From assembly GCA_945871425.1 (NCBI GenBank), contig CAMBVS010000010.1, positions 6,543 to 70,542 on the forward strand: a stretch of DNA of 64,000 nucleotides, written 5' to 3'. Origin of the DNA: Rhizobium sp. Q54 (GTDB lineage: Bacteria > Pseudomonadota > Alphaproteobacteria > SHVZ01). This document shows positions 1 to 15,374 of the stretch, piece after piece. The notes under the pieces are model-generated. The model saw only the letters and a list, made by a program, of their open reading frames with translations. It ran no database searches and had not been told where the DNA came from. The position numbers and the translations under genes are program-made. Every line of letters starts with the position of its first letter. Position 1 is the stretch's first letter.

Positions 1-1183
1 CAGCCTCGGCTTCGCCCGGGTGCTGGCGCCCGTCAGCGTCGCGCATTTCTGCAGCCACTTCTTTCAGTTCATCCTGCCGCCGCTGTTCCCGGCGATGAAG
101 GCGCATTACGGCGTCAGCTTCACCGAACTCGGATTGCTGGTCGCGATCTTCTACGGCTTCTCCGGCGTCTCTCAGGCGGTGGTCGGCGTCGTGGTCGACC
201 GTTACGGCGCGGCCCGCGTGCTTTCCGGCGGCCTGGCGCTGCTGGCCGTCAGCTTCGCCGGCGTGGCCCTGGCGCCGAGCTATAGCTGGCTCTTGCCGCT
301 GATGGCGCTGGCCGGGCTCGGCAACAGCATCTTCCATCCTTGCGACTATTCGATCATGTCGGCCCGCATCGAGCCGAACCGGGTCGGCCGCGCCTTCTCC
401 TTCCATGCGCTGGCCGGGACCGCAGGCTATGCCGCAGCCCCGCTGACCATGCTGGCGCTGGCCACCGTGATGCCGTGGAATGTGGCGATCCTGGCCCCTG
501 TGCTGCTCGCCGCGTTGACCGCGCTCTATATCGCCGTCCGCCGCGGCGACTTCGTCACGCCGACCTCGTCAGGCAAGCCGGCGGCGCAGGGTGAGCGCAC
601 CGGACTCGGCGTGCTTCTCCATACCCCGGTGATCGCCGCCTTCGTCTTTTTTGCATTGGGCGCGCTGCCGGCGATCGGCCTGACCGCCTTCCTTCCGTCG
701 GCGCTGTTGGCCCAGTTCGAAACGCCACTGACGGTCACCGCCGCGGCGATCACCGCGCAGATGACCTGCAACGCCGTCGGCGTGCTGCTCGGCGGCTGGC
801 TCGCCGATCGCGCCGGACGCCACGACCAAGTGGTGATCGTCGGATTCTTGATCGCCGGCGCCCTGATCTATGCGGTGACGACGCAGCCGGTGCCGGCGGT
901 GCTGCTGCCGATCGCCTTCGGCATCGCGGGCTTCGTCACCGGCCTCACTGGCCCGTCGCGCGACATGATCATCCGCGCGATCGCGACGCCTGAGACCCGC
1001 GGCCGCATCTTCGGCTTCGTCTATTCAGGATACGATCTGGGCTCGGCGCTGGTGCCGCTGGTTCTGGCCGCGATCCTTGACCGCGGCAATGCCGGCTGGA
1101 TCGCGCCCATGATCGCCGCGAGCTATCTTGCGATGATCGCCGTCGTGATGGCCGTCCGCTACGGCAGCGTCAGCAAACCTTAG
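1..1183 (+). CDS. MFS transporter, 5'-partial (frame open to window edge)
   Basis: ORF 20..1183 is a hydrophobic multi-TM protein with an MFS-like loop motif (GVVVDRYGAARVL). The frame stays open upstream to nt 2, so the true start is probably outside the window. Confidence 0.8.
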   Translation, partial: SLGFARVLAPVSVAHFCSHFFQFILPPLFPAMKAHYGVSFTELGLLVAIFYGFSGVSQAVVGVVVDRYGAARVLSGGLALLAVSFAGVALAPSYSWLLPLMALAGLGNSIFHPCDYSIMSARIEPNRVGRAFSFHALAGTAGYAAAPLTMLALATVMPWNVAILAPVLLAALTALYIAVRRGDFVTPTSSGKPAAQGERTGLGVLLHTPVIAAFVFFALGALPAIGLTAFLPSALLAQFETPLTVTAAAITAQMTCNAVGVLLGGWLADRAGRHDQVVIVGFLIAGALIYAVTTQPVPAVLLPIAFGIAGFVTGLTGPSRDMIIRAIATPETRGRIFGFVYSGYDLGSALVPLVLAAILDRGNAGWIAPMIAASYLAMIAVVMAVRYGSVSKP

Positions 1184-2220
1184 GCCGCGGTCGTCGTCCG
1201 CTGCGCGTTGCGCCGGTCGAGGGAGTCCAGCAGCGCCTGGGCGCGCGCGCGCTTCTCGGGATTGGCGTCGCGCTGGACCACGCGCAGCAGCGTGTCGCGC
1301 GCCAGAACGTCGCCGGCTTCGGCTCGCTCGAAGGCGATGACGTCGCGCTTCTCGTAGTAGCTGGTGTCGAAGGGCACGACCTTGGCGCCTGCGCGCTGCC
1401 AGTAGTACTTCAGGTCGTCGCTCTTCCAGTCGGCATAGGCCGCCTCCCAGGTCATGATGCCGGCATAGGGCTGGACGGCGACCTCGGCGACGGGATCGGA
1501 GAGCCGCTGGTAGCGGGCGTCGAAGGACTGGCGCAGCTCGCCGCTGGTGTTGGGCAGCGCCTTGTGGACGGTGGTGTCGGAGAAGACGACGACGTCGCCG
1601 GCGGCGAAGTCGGCGCCGACCCATTGCCCCTCGAACTTCTCGGTGACCTCGAGGCCGCCGGCGCCCGGCGCCAGCTCGAAGTCGAGCACGCCGCGCTTGT
1701 GCGAGCCCTCGGCCATGATCAGGCCGCCCTTGGACTGCGGGCAGTCGCCGATCGGCATCCAACAGGCGAAGCTCTGGCCGCCGCCGATATGGATCTTGTC
1801 CTGGTGCGAGCCGGTGGTGAAGTCGAAGGACCTGGTCTGCGGGAAGATGTTACGGAGCACGAACATCGGGTGCGCCAGCACCGGCTCGCCGAAGATGCGC
1901 TCGAACAGCGAGATGATGTTCGGGTGCTGCTTCATCCGGTGCAGCGATTCCAGCTTCCACATCGGCCGGAAGAACTCGAGATAGCCCGGCTCCGGATCCT
2001 TGCAGGCCTTGGCGAGATCGGCGACGCCGCTCTCCAGCGGCTGATCCGCACGGAGCCAGCCGCCCCTGGCGGCGAGGCCGAGAAGCTGGCGGCGGATCGC
2101 CATGATCTCGTCCCGGGGCAGAAGGCCGCGGAGGAAGAGATAGCCGTCGCGATCGAGACGCGCCGCCAGCGCCGCGCCATCTCGGATGACATCGGTCGAA
2201 TCGACGAAGGGCTTGATCAT
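1180..2220 (-). CDS. Phytanoyl-CoA dioxygenase (PhyH) family Fe(II)/2OG oxygenase
   Basis: 346 aa. The N-terminus (DGYLFLRGLLP) and the HQD motif (TGSHQDKIHIGG) are typical of the PhyH family. The stop overlaps the MFS stop by 4 nt (convergent). Confidence 0.7.
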   Translation of the reverse strand: MIKPFVDSTDVIRDGAALAARLDRDGYLFLRGLLPRDEIMAIRRQLLGLAARGGWLRADQPLESGVADLAKACKDPEPGYLEFFRPMWKLESLHRMKQHPNIISLFERIFGEPVLAHPMFVLRNIFPQTRSFDFTTGSHQDKIHIGGGQSFACWMPIGDCPQSKGGLIMAEGSHKRGVLDFELAPGAGGLEVTEKFEGQWVGADFAAGDVVVFSDTTVHKALPNTSGELRQSFDARYQRLSDPVAEVAVQPYAGIMTWEAAYADWKSDDLKYYWQRAGAKVVPFDTSYYEKRDVIAFERAEAGDVLARDTLLRVVQRDANPEKRARAQALLDSLDRRNAQRTTTAA

Positions 2221-2276
2221 GCCGGGACGCTAGAAAGCGCGGACAAGGTTGTCAACGTCGGCCGTCTGGCGACGAC

Positions 2277-3905
2277 TCATCCCTCTCCCAGCCGGTCGTA
2301 GCGGACCTCGCCGCCGAGGATCGTCAGGTCGACCCTGGCTTCCAGCAGCTCGGCCGGATCGACGGCGAAGAGATCGCGGTCGATGACGGCGATATCGGCG
2401 AGCATTCCGGCCTCCAGCGTGCCGCGCTCGGCCTCGGCGAAGGCCGAGTAAGCGCCGTTGGCGGTGAAGGTGTGCAACGCTTCCGCCAGCGGCAAAGTTT
2501 CCGACGATCCCAGCACACGGCCGCGATCGGTCTTGCGGGTGACCATGACGTGGAGGCCGATCAGCGGGTTGTCGGAGGAGACCGGCGCGTCGGAGCCGGC
2601 GGCGGGACGAAGCCCCCGATCGTGCCAGCGCCGCATCGGATAGGACGCCTCCGACCGCGCCTCGCCCAGCACGTCGACATAGAGATCGCCGAACTCGTGG
2701 ATGAACACCGGCTGAGGCGAGGGGATGATGCCGAGCCGCCTCATCTCGCCGATCTGGCGGTCGGTGACGAAGCCGCAATGCTCGATCCGCGGCCGCGCGT
2801 CGGCCTTGGGTTGGGCCTTCAGCGCCTTCTCGATGGCGACGATCGCCTGCTCGATCGCGGCGTCGCCGATGGCGTGGATGGCGATCTGCCAGCCGGCGGC
2901 ATGGACGTCGCCGACCATCGCCTCCATCTCGCGATCCTCGAAGCAGAGCATGCCCTTCTCGCTGCCGCAGCAGCGATAGGGCTCGCTCATCGCCGCGGTG
3001 CGTCCGCCGGCGGAGCCGTCGGCCCAGAACTTGACCGGGCCGATCCGCATCATCTCGTCGCCGAAACCGGTGACGAGGCCGGCCGCCCTGGCGTCGGCGA
3101 GCGCGCCGTCCGGCCCGCCGGTGAAGCTGAGATACGACCTGACCGGCAGGCGGCCGGTCTGCCGCGCCTCGCGGTAGGCGAACCACTCCTCGAACTTGGC
3201 CCGCAGGCCGACCCCGGCATCGACGACGCTGGTGAGGCCTTGGGAGAGGCAATGGCGGCCGCCCCGCTCGATCGCCTCGACCAGGCGGGCGCGGTCGGGT
3301 TTCGGCATCACCCGATAGACGACCTCCTGGGCGCGCTCCTGGACCAGGCCGGTGAGGCGCCCGTCCCGGCGCTCGAAGGCGCCGCCAGGCGGGTCGTTCA
3401 CGCCCTCGGGGATGCCGGCGGCGGCGAGCGCGCGGGAATTGGCGACGCCCATATGGCCGCAGGTGCGGCGGATGTAGACGGGATTGTCGGGTGCCGCCCG
3501 GTCCAGCTCGTCGCGGAGCGGATGGCGCTTCACGTCCAGGTGGAAGTGGTCGTAGCCGCGGCCGATGATCCAGGCGCCCGGCCCCAGCCGCCTCGCCTCG
3601 GCCGCCACGGCATCGACGATCTGGGCGATGGCCGTCGCCCGCGGCGGCTTGAAGTCGAGCTCGACCAGGCCGAGCCCGATCGGGATCAAATGCTCGTGCG
3701 CATCGCAGAAGCCCGGCACCGCCAGCCGGCCGCGGAGGTCGACCACCCCCGTCGCCGGCCCGACGAGGCCGGAGAGCTCCGATTCGGTCCCGGCCGCCAG
3801 CACCCGGCCCTTCCACAGCGCCAGGGCTGAGGCCTCGGGAAGCCCGAGGCCGCGCCAGATGCGGCCGCCCTTGAGCAGCGTGTCGGCCTTGGGGAGCGCG
3901 TTCAT
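2277..3905 (-). CDS. Amidohydrolase family protein (YtcJ / amidohydrolase_3-like metal-dependent hydrolase)
   Basis: Real start is [17 protein letters not shown] (ATG at 3905). It has the HxH metal motif [12 protein letters not shown]. The upstream 439 codons of the 981-aa track ORF run antisense to hemA and are rejected. Confidence 0.8.
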   Translation of the reverse strand: MNALPKADTLLKGGRIWRGLGLPEASALALWKGRVLAAGTESELSGLVGPATGVVDLRGRLAVPGFCDAHEHLIPIGLGLVELDFKPPRATAIAQIVDAVAAEARRLGPGAWIIGRGYDHFHLDVKRHPLRDELDRAAPDNPVYIRRTCGHMGVANSRALAAAGIPEGVNDPPGGAFERRDGRLTGLVQERAQEVVYRVMPKPDRARLVEAIERGGRHCLSQGLTSVVDAGVGLRAKFEEWFAYREARQTGRLPVRSYLSFTGGPDGALADARAAGLVTGFGDEMMRIGPVKFWADGSAGGRTAAMSEPYRCCGSEKGMLCFEDREMEAMVGDVHAAGWQIAIHAIGDAAIEQAIVAIEKALKAQPKADARPRIEHCGFVTDRQIGEMRRLGIIPSPQPVFIHEFGDLYVDVLGEARSEASYPMRRWHDRGLRPAAGSDAPVSSDNPLIGLHVMVTRKTDRGRVLGSSETLPLAEALHTFTANGAYSAFAEAERGTLEAGMLADIAVIDRDLFAVDPAELLEARVDLTILGGEVRYDRLGEG

Positions 3906-4088
3906 CGAGCGGTTCCGCGGGGCCAATCCGCCGCATTGCGGTGGGCCGCCCGGGGCGCTACCAGTGGACCTGCCATTCGAGTCGTCCTCTTGCGGGCGCG
4001 TGGGACCGGCACGGTGACGCGAGGCCGGTCGGACGGTCAAGCCGGGCCGGCAGGCGCGGCCGGAGAGGAAAACAGGGGCCGGGGAAAC

Positions 4089-5321
4089 GTGACTTACGAT
4101 GCTGTCTTTGCCGAGGCCGTGGACCGGCTCAGGTCCGAGCGGCGCTATCGCGTCTTCACCGAACTCGAGCGGCGCGCCGGCAATTTCCCGCGCGCCTTCA
4201 ACCACTCGCTGCCGGACGCGCCGGAGGTCACCGTCTGGTGCTCCAACGACTATCTCGGCATGGGCCAGCATCCGGGCGTGCTGGGGGCGATGAAGGAAGC
4301 CCTCGACCGCTACGGCGCCGGCGCCGGCGGCACCCGCAACATCTCCGGCAACAGTCACCCGATCGCGATCCTGGAACGCACGCTGGCCGAGCTGCACGAG
4401 AAGGAGGCGGCGCTCGCCTTCACCTCCGGCTTCGTCGCCAACGACGCCGCGCTGTCGGCGATCGGCCAGATCCTCAAGGGCTGCGTCATCCTTTCCGATG
4501 CCGACAACCACGCCTCGATGATCGCCGGCATCCGCCATTCGGGTGCCGACAGGAAGATCTTCCGCCACAATGACGTCGAGCATCTGGAGTCGCTGCTGAA
4601 GGCCGAGCCCTCCGACCGGCCCAAGGTGATCGCCTTCGAATCCGTCTACTCCATGGACGGCGACGTGGGGCCGGTGGCCGAGATCTGCGACCTGGCCGAA
4701 CGCTACGGCGCGCTCACCTTTCTCGACGAGGTGCACGCCGTCGGCCTCTATGGCGCCCGCGGTGCGGGGGTGGCCGAGCGCGACGGGGTCATGTCCCGGA
4801 TCGACGTGATCTCCGGCACACTGGGCAAGGCCTTCGGCGTCATGGGCGGCTACATCGCCGGGTCGGGCGCTCTGGTCGACGCCGTCCGCAGCTACGCCAG
4901 CGGGTTCATCTTCACCACCGCCCTGCCGCCGGCGGTCGCGGCCGGCGCCACCGCCTCGATTCGCCATCTGATGGCCAGCACGGCCGAGCGCGAGCGCCAC
5001 CAGGAGCGGGTCGAGGCGTGCAAGCACCGCCTGAGGGAGGCCGGGTTCCCCGTCCTCAACTCGACCAGCCACATCGTGCCGTTGATGGTCCGCGACGCCG
5101 GCCGGTGCAAGGCAGCGAGCGACCGCCTGCTGGCCCAGCATCGCATCTATATTCAGCCGATCAACTACCCGACCGTCCCAAGGGGTAGCGAGCGCCTGCG
5201 GATCACGCCGACGCCCTTCCATGACGATGCCGCGATGTCGGCGCTGGTGGAGGCGTTGGTGGAGGTGTGGGACGCGCTGGAACTGACGCGCGAAAAACGC
5301 GCTTTTGTCCAGGTTAAGTGA
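4089..5321 (+). CDS. hemA: 5-aminolevulinate synthase
   Basis: Strong family match: [39 protein letters not shown], and [10 protein letters not shown] around the PLP region. GTG at 4089 gives about 410 aa, the typical length; the start codon choice is uncertain. Confidence 0.93.
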   Translation: MTYDAVFAEAVDRLRSERRYRVFTELERRAGNFPRAFNHSLPDAPEVTVWCSNDYLGMGQHPGVLGAMKEALDRYGAGAGGTRNISGNSHPIAILERTLAELHEKEAALAFTSGFVANDAALSAIGQILKGCVILSDADNHASMIAGIRHSGADRKIFRHNDVEHLESLLKAEPSDRPKVIAFESVYSMDGDVGPVAEICDLAERYGALTFLDEVHAVGLYGARGAGVAERDGVMSRIDVISGTLGKAFGVMGGYIAGSGALVDAVRSYASGFIFTTALPPAVAAGATASIRHLMASTAERERHQERVEACKHRLREAGFPVLNSTSHIVPLMVRDAGRCKAASDRLLAQHRIYIQPINYPTVPRGSERLRITPTPFHDDAAMSALVEALVEVWDALELTREKRAFVQVK

Positions 5322-5425
5322 CGTTTAGGTGGTTCCGCGCCAGGGATTGAATTGACCGCTCTGTGACCTGCGCGTAACACTGCGCACGCACGGGGGGGGA
5401 ACTTTGTGACGGGGGGACTTGACCC

Positions 5426-5923
5426 ATGATTGGTGTTCGAACCAGGCGCGCTGCTGCGGCGGCGGCTCTCGCCGTGTGGCTGAGCGGCCCTGCGCTGGCC
5501 CAGACCAAGCAGGTTGCGGCAACCCCGGCCTGTCCGAGTCCGGTGGTCGAAGCCATGCATGTACGCCTCCTGCAGACCGAGCTTATCGTCGCAGCGCTGC
5601 AGTGCCGGGCGGCACCGGGGTATGACTTCTCGTCCAAGTACAACGCCTTCGTCATGAAGTTCAGCTCTCCGCTGACCCAGAACGCCAACACGCTCAAGGA
5701 CCATTTCCGCAAGAGCTTCGGCGCCAACCACATGACCCAGCTCGACCGCTACATGACGCGGATCGCCAACGACGCGGGCCAGCGCGGCTTGGGTGCCGGC
5801 TATTGCCAGAACATGGCGCCGATCTTCGAGGACGTGCTTGCCCTCAAGGGCAACAGCGATCTCACCAAGTTCTCGAACCAGAACCCGCTGGCGCTCGCCA
5901 TCAGCAGCCGCGACGGCTGCTGA
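5426..5923 (+). CDS. Secreted hypothetical protein (signal peptide, Cys-containing)
   Basis: 165 aa. The N-terminal signal peptide ends in ALA-QT (AAALAVWLSGPALAQT). GC3 is high in this frame. I recognise no family. Confidence 0.55.
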   Translation: MIGVRTRRAAAAAALAVWLSGPALAQTKQVAATPACPSPVVEAMHVRLLQTELIVAALQCRAAPGYDFSSKYNAFVMKFSSPLTQNANTLKDHFRKSFGANHMTQLDRYMTRIANDAGQRGLGAGYCQNMAPIFEDVLALKGNSDLTKFSNQNPLALAISSRDGC

Positions 5924-5950
5924 TCGGCACGCTATCGTCGCCTCCGCCTG

Positions 5951-7975
5951 ATGGCGGAGGTGCCGGTGCGGGGAGTTCGTCCATTTCTTGATCTGGTCAG
6001 CCCGGCGCGGGCCGAGGAGCCGTCTTCGGCCGGCGCCGCCCAGCTGATCGCGGGCATGCGCGGCCACGCCGGGGACCTGGTCCAACGTCTCGGCGCGATC
6101 CGCGAGGCGCTCGCGGACCTTCCGGGCTACGCCCAGCACGCGCTCGATCTCCTGACCGATCTCGAAGGGTTGCCGTCCCTGGGCGCAGCACTCCTTGCCC
6201 TGATCGCCGTCGCTGCGCTGGGCGGAATTGCTCAATGGCTGTTCAGCCGGACGATGCGGCGGCTCCGCGAGCGGATGGCGGCGACGCCGGGGACGCTGAT
6301 GCATGCCGGCGCGCTGCTCGCGAGCCTGCTCCTCGACGCCATCGGTATCATCATCTTCCTGGCCGTCGCCAACGGCGCCACCTTCCTCTTCCTCGACCGC
6401 TTCGATCCGCGCCGCGAGCTGGTGGTCGCGATTCTGCTCGCCATTTCGGCAGCCCAGCTGGCCGGCGCCGTCTCGCGCGCCATCCTGTCGCCGTCCACCC
6501 CACGGCTTCGTCTGATCAGCCTCGACGACTTGACCGCCCGCGGCCTGCAGCGCTGGGCCGTCGGCCTCGCCGCGATCGCGGGCTTCGCCTATTTCGGCGG
6601 CGGACTGCTCGGTATCCTGGCGGTGCCGCCGGAGCTGAGAACGCTCTGGGACATCGCCTTCGCCCTGCTGCTAGCGCTGCTGCTGGCGGCCTGGATCTGG
6701 CTCAACCGTCGGTCGGTCGCCGATGCCTTCGGCAGCGAGGGCTTCGCCCAATCCTGGCATGCCGCGGCCACCGTCTACGTCGCCATGGTCTGGCTGGTCT
6801 GGTCCTACAAGCGCCTGCTCGACCGGCCGGACGGCACCAGGACCGTGCTGTTGAGCGCGCTGGTGGTGCTCGCGGTTCCGCTCGCCGATCGCCTGGTGCG
6901 ACGCCTGCTCGACCGGCTGTTCCGGCCCTGGCCGGGGCAGGAGGCGGAGACCGCGCTGCGCCTCGCCCGCGCGTCCCGCGTCATCCTCGGCGCGTTCCGG
7001 GTGATGATCGCGGTCGCCGCCATCGCGATCCTGATCGAGGCATGGGGCGGGCCGGTCATCGCCACGCTCAGGAACGACATGGGCCGGTCGATCCTCCGCG
7101 CCGTCTTCAACATCGCCGTCGCCGTGGTCCTCGGCTACGGCGCCTGGGAAGGCAGCAAGATCCTGATCGAGCGCCATGTCGGCCGGCCGCAGCCGGGCGA
7201 GGAGCTGCAGCCGGGGACCCGCGCCCACACGCTGCTGCCGGTGCTCCGCCACTTCGCGCTCGGCGCCCTCTCCGTCGTCATCGGCCTGATTGTGCTGTCC
7301 TCGCTCGGCGTCGACATCGCTCCGCTCTTGGCCGGCGCCGGGATCGTCGGCCTCGCCATCGGCTTCGGCGCCCAGGCCCTGGTCCGCGACATCGTCGCGG
7401 GGTTCTTCTTCCTGCTCGACGACGCGTTTCGCATCGGCGAGTACGTCGATGTCGGGCGGGTGAAGGGCACGGTCGAGGGCATCACCATCCGCTCGCTTCA
7501 GCTTCGCCACCACCGCGGCGCGCTCCACACCATCCCCTATGGGCAGATCCAGGCGATCAGCAACCACCACCGCGACTGGGTGATCGAGAAGCTGGAGTTC
7601 GGTCTGCCGTACGGCACGGACATCGAGAAGGTTCGGAAGATCCTGAAGAAGATCGGCGAGCAGTTGATGGAAAACCCCGAGATCGCAGCGGTGATGCTGG
7701 AGCCGCTGAAGAGCCAGGGCGTCACGCGCCTCGCAGACTCCGCCATGATCTTCCGGGCCAAGTTCAAGACCAAGCCCGGCGAGCAGTTCGTGGTGCGGCG
7801 GGAGGCCTACAGGCGCATACAGGCGGCCTTTGCGGAGAATGGCATCGAGTTCGCCTTCCCGACGGTCCGGATCGCCGACAATGCCGGCGACGCCGATATC
7901 GCTGCCGCCGCCCAACGGGCGATCGCAGCGAACGCCCCGAAGTCCCCCGAAAAATCTTCTACATCAGGGAGTTAA
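5951..7975 (+). CDS. Mechanosensitive ion channel, MscS family (large multi-TM form)
   Basis: 674 aa with multiple TM helices, followed by the MscS pore and beta-domain signature GIVGLAIGFGAQALVRDIVAGFFFLLDDAFRIGEYVDVGRVKGTVEGITIRS. Confidence 0.85.
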   Translation: MAEVPVRGVRPFLDLVSPARAEEPSSAGAAQLIAGMRGHAGDLVQRLGAIREALADLPGYAQHALDLLTDLEGLPSLGAALLALIAVAALGGIAQWLFSRTMRRLRERMAATPGTLMHAGALLASLLLDAIGIIIFLAVANGATFLFLDRFDPRRELVVAILLAISAAQLAGAVSRAILSPSTPRLRLISLDDLTARGLQRWAVGLAAIAGFAYFGGGLLGILAVPPELRTLWDIAFALLLALLLAAWIWLNRRSVADAFGSEGFAQSWHAAATVYVAMVWLVWSYKRLLDRPDGTRTVLLSALVVLAVPLADRLVRRLLDRLFRPWPGQEAETALRLARASRVILGAFRVMIAVAAIAILIEAWGGPVIATLRNDMGRSILRAVFNIAVAVVLGYGAWEGSKILIERHVGRPQPGEELQPGTRAHTLLPVLRHFALGALSVVIGLIVLSSLGVDIAPLLAGAGIVGLAIGFGAQALVRDIVAGFFFLLDDAFRIGEYVDVGRVKGTVEGITIRSLQLRHHRGALHTIPYGQIQAISNHHRDWVIEKLEFGLPYGTDIEKVRKILKKIGEQLMENPEIAAVMLEPLKSQGVTRLADSAMIFRAKFKTKPGEQFVVRREAYRRIQAAFAENGIEFAFPTVRIADNAGDADIAAAAQRAIAANAPKSPEKSSTSGS

Positions 7976-8062
7976 AAATTTAGTCTCGATTCGGAACTAA
8001 TTCCATCAAGAGCGGGGGAATTTCGATTATCGACTGCCATCAACCGGCGGCCACAGGAAAAG

Positions 8063-8083
8063 TAAGGCATAATTACTGCCTTA
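8063..8083. promoter_or_regulatory. Inverted repeat TAAGGCA-N7-TGCCTTA in the AT-rich region upstream of gltD
   Basis: Read directly: taaggca taattac tgcctta, about 105 nt upstream of the gltD ATG in a locally AT-rich 214-nt intergenic region. Confidence 0.25.
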
Positions 8084-8189
8084 TCTGTCATTTTGCGGTG
8101 GCGCCAAGGAAATAGGGCGGTCATTCTGACCTTCTTTCCGGCCCCTCCCGGCCACCCCGACGGCGCCTGCCTAGTAAGGACCCGAACCG

Positions 8190-9635
8190 ATGGCGACCAG
8201 CCAGCGCATGCTCAGCTTCGTCTCCGTCGACAAGCAGATGCCCGACAAGCGCGCGGCTGCGACTCGCACATCCGACTTCCAGGAGATCTTCGCCGAGTTC
8301 GATGCAGCACGGGCGGCCGAGCAGGCCGGACGCTGTTCGCAATGCGGCGTGCCGTTCTGCCAGGTTCATTGCCCGCTCCACAACAACATCCCGGACTGGC
8401 TGATGCTGACCGCCCAGGGGCGGCTGGAGGAAGCCTACGAGGTCGCCGCGGCGACCAACACCTTCCCCGAGATCTGCGGGCGCATCTGCCCGCAGGACCG
8501 GCTCTGCGAGGGCAACTGCGTCATCGAGAAGGGCTTCGAGTCCGTCACCATCGGCACGGTCGAGAAGTACATCACCGACCAGGCCTTCCAGAACGGCTGG
8601 GTCAAGGCGATCCGCCCGCCGCGCGAGCTCGGCCAGTCGGTCGGCATCGTCGGCGCCGGTCCGGGCGGGCTCGCCGCCGCCGAAGTGCTCCGCCGCAAGG
8701 GCTACCAGGTCACCGTCTACGATCGCCACGACCGGGTCGGCGGCCTGATGATCTACGGCATTCCCAACTTCAAGCTGGAGAAGCCGGTGGTCGAGCGCCG
8801 CACCGGGTGGCTGATCGACGGCGGCGTCAAGTTCGTGCTGAACGTCGAGGTCGGCCGCGAGATCACGCTGGCCGAGCTTCGCCGGCGCCACGACGCCGTG
8901 CTGATCGCGACCGGCGTCTACCGCGCCCGCGATATCCAGGCCCCCGGCGTCGGCCAGGACGGGATTGCTCCCGCCCTCGACTACCTGATCGCGTCCAACC
9001 GCAAAGGCCTCGGCGACGACGTCCCGGCCTTCGACGACGGCACGCTGAACGCCGAGGGCAAGCACGTCGTCGTCATCGGCGGCGGCGACACGGCGATGGA
9101 CTGCGTGCGCACCGCCGTCCGCCAGGGCGCCAAGTCGGTCAAATGCCTCTATCGCCGCGACCGCGCCAACATGCCGGGCTCCCAGCGCGAGGTGTTCCAC
9201 GCCGAGGAGGAAGGGGTCGAGTTCGTCTGGCTCGCCCAGCCGGAGGCCTTCCTCGGCGACGGCCGCGTCACCGGCGTGCGTGCCCAGCGCGTCCATCTCG
9301 GCATGCCCGACGCCACCGGGCGCCAGGTGCCGCAGCCGATCGGCGACTCGCACTTCACGGTCGAAGCCGATCTCGTCCTCAAGGCGCTGGGATTCGATCC
9401 CGAGGATCTGCCCGTCCTATTCGGCGCGCCCGAACTCGAGGTGACCAAGTGGGGCACGATCAAGATCAACCAGCGGACGATGGAGACCAACCTGCCGGGC
9501 GTCTACGCCGCCGGCGACATCGTCCGCGGTGCCTCGCTGGTCGTCTGGGCGATCCGCGACGGCCGCGACGCCGCCCAATCCATCCATCGCACCCTGAGCC
9601 AGCCGCAATCGGCCGCGCTCAAGCTCGCCTCTTGA
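8190..9635 (+). CDS. gltD: Glutamate synthase (NADPH) small subunit
   Basis: 481 aa. It has the N-terminal Fe-S Cys motifs (RCSQCGVPFCQVHCP, GRICPQDRLCEGNC) and two Rossmann GxGxxG motifs (VGIVGAGPGGLAAA, VVVIGGGDTAMDC). Confidence 0.95.
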   Translation: MATSQRMLSFVSVDKQMPDKRAAATRTSDFQEIFAEFDAARAAEQAGRCSQCGVPFCQVHCPLHNNIPDWLMLTAQGRLEEAYEVAAATNTFPEICGRICPQDRLCEGNCVIEKGFESVTIGTVEKYITDQAFQNGWVKAIRPPRELGQSVGIVGAGPGGLAAAEVLRRKGYQVTVYDRHDRVGGLMIYGIPNFKLEKPVVERRTGWLIDGGVKFVLNVEVGREITLAELRRRHDAVLIATGVYRARDIQAPGVGQDGIAPALDYLIASNRKGLGDDVPAFDDGTLNAEGKHVVVIGGGDTAMDCVRTAVRQGAKSVKCLYRRDRANMPGSQREVFHAEEEGVEFVWLAQPEAFLGDGRVTGVRAQRVHLGMPDATGRQVPQPIGDSHFTVEADLVLKALGFDPEDLPVLFGAPELEVTKWGTIKINQRTMETNLPGVYAAGDIVRGASLVVWAIRDGRDAAQSIHRTLSQPQSAALKLAS

Positions 9636-9698
9636 GGGAAAACAGGCGATGATTTGGCTCACTGAGCCCTGCGCCGCCAAGCGGTCCGGAGACTCGTC

Positions 9699-10819
9699 AT
9701 GAGCACGGTCAAGCGTGCAGTCGACGACGGTGTGCGTCGACGCCTTCGCATAGAAAGCAAAGCGACCTTCGCCGACGCGATCGCTTGGTTTGGCGTCTAT
9801 GTCGGCCCGCGCTCCCGATTGAGGTCGGAAGTCAAGGATCAGGAAGAGGAATACTGCGCGCGTCGCTGGTTGATCGCGATGACCTACGTTGACCGGCTTC
9901 GCCTTCCGGTCGATGTGGAGATGTCGAGCAAGCTAGGACAGGAAAGGCTGCGGCTACCCGACATGGTCCTCCGCTGGGACGATGGCGAGGCGCTCGGCGT
10001 GGAGATCCGGCAGGCAACAACGCAGCGCGACCAAGAATATCGGACTAGGGCCGCCAAGAGCGACGAACCTCCGGAACCTCTCCCGAACGGCGCGAGTTTC
10101 GATGCCCACAAGAATGCCGTCATTTCCAATATTTGCGAGGCGATCACGGAGAAGGCGAAGAAGGGCTACGGCGGCGTCTCGCCACGCGACCTCCTGCTGT
10201 ACGTGGGTTCGGAAAGCGGAGCAGCGCTTCTGTACGGCGGTGATGTGCCGGCGCTAATGTCCGAGGTCTTGCAGGCGGTCCGTGAAAGGGCGCGATCGGC
10301 ACAAGGCTTCCGTCTATTGCACGTCCTTTGGGGTGAAGCGGTGTTCCTCGACGTGTTCGGCAACACGTTCGCCCAAGTCGACCTCTCCGCCAACTACGCG
10401 AACGACTGGTGGGCGTGGCTTCGCGCTCAAGCCGATCATCTCCGCGCCCGTCGCCTTAAAGACATCGACTACGACAATCTGGCCGAGGAGCTCGAAGGGT
10501 TGGGACGCTCGGACAAGAGGGCTCTGACGAGCCATCTCCGGAATCTGCTTGTGCATCTGCTCAAGTGGCGATTCCAGCCGGAAATGCGCACGCCAAGCTG
10601 GAGACTGTCGATCCAGAATGCGCGAGACGAGATTGAAGAGGCGGTGGCGGAGAGCCCGAGCTTCGAGCCGACCTTGGATGAGCTGACCGTGAAGCAGTAT
10701 CCGAAAGCGCGAGAAGACGCAGCCAACGAGATGGACATCGATGCCGACGCCCTTCCCCAAGCGTGTCCCTTTGAGCTGGACCAGATTCTGGACCGCAAGT
10801 TCTTTCCGGATGCCAACCC

Positions 10820-10823
<4 letters not shown>
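9699..10823 (+). CDS. Fusion protein: unassigned N-terminal domain (about 230 aa, possible PD-(D/E)xK-like core) plus C-terminal DUF29 domain
   Basis: The C-terminal ~140 aa (nt about 10404-10820: DWWAWLRAQADHLRARRLKDIDYDNLAEELEGLGRSDKRALTSHLRNLLVHLLKWRFQPE...FELDQILDRKFFP) matches my memory of the DUF29 signature. The N-terminal part contains EEEY...LPDMVL...GVEIRQ spacing. GC is lower than in the flanking glt genes. The TGA stop overlaps the gltB ATG (ATGA). Confidence 0.75.
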
Positions 10824-15373
<4,550 letters not shown>

Positions 15374-15374
15374 G

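Noticed and set aside
3931-3941. 11-bp palindrome CCGCATTGCGG between the amidohydrolase gene and hemA
   Set aside because: It is short, GC-rich and expected by chance in this composition. It does not resemble FNR/FixK (TTGAT-N4-ATCAA) or Irr boxes known to act on hemA.
2277-5222. 981-aa ORF on the minus strand
   Set aside because: Only the C-terminal 542 aa (from MNALPK, ATG 3905) look like a real amidohydrolase. The N-terminal 439 codons run antisense to the strongly supported hemA gene and are Arg/Gly/Ala-rich shadow sequence.
8085-8091. CTGTCAT heptamer upstream of gltD as a possible Pho box
   Set aside because: It is only a single half-site. The sequence 11 bp away on either side (TTACTGCCTTA / TTTGCGGTGGC) does not form the required second repeat.
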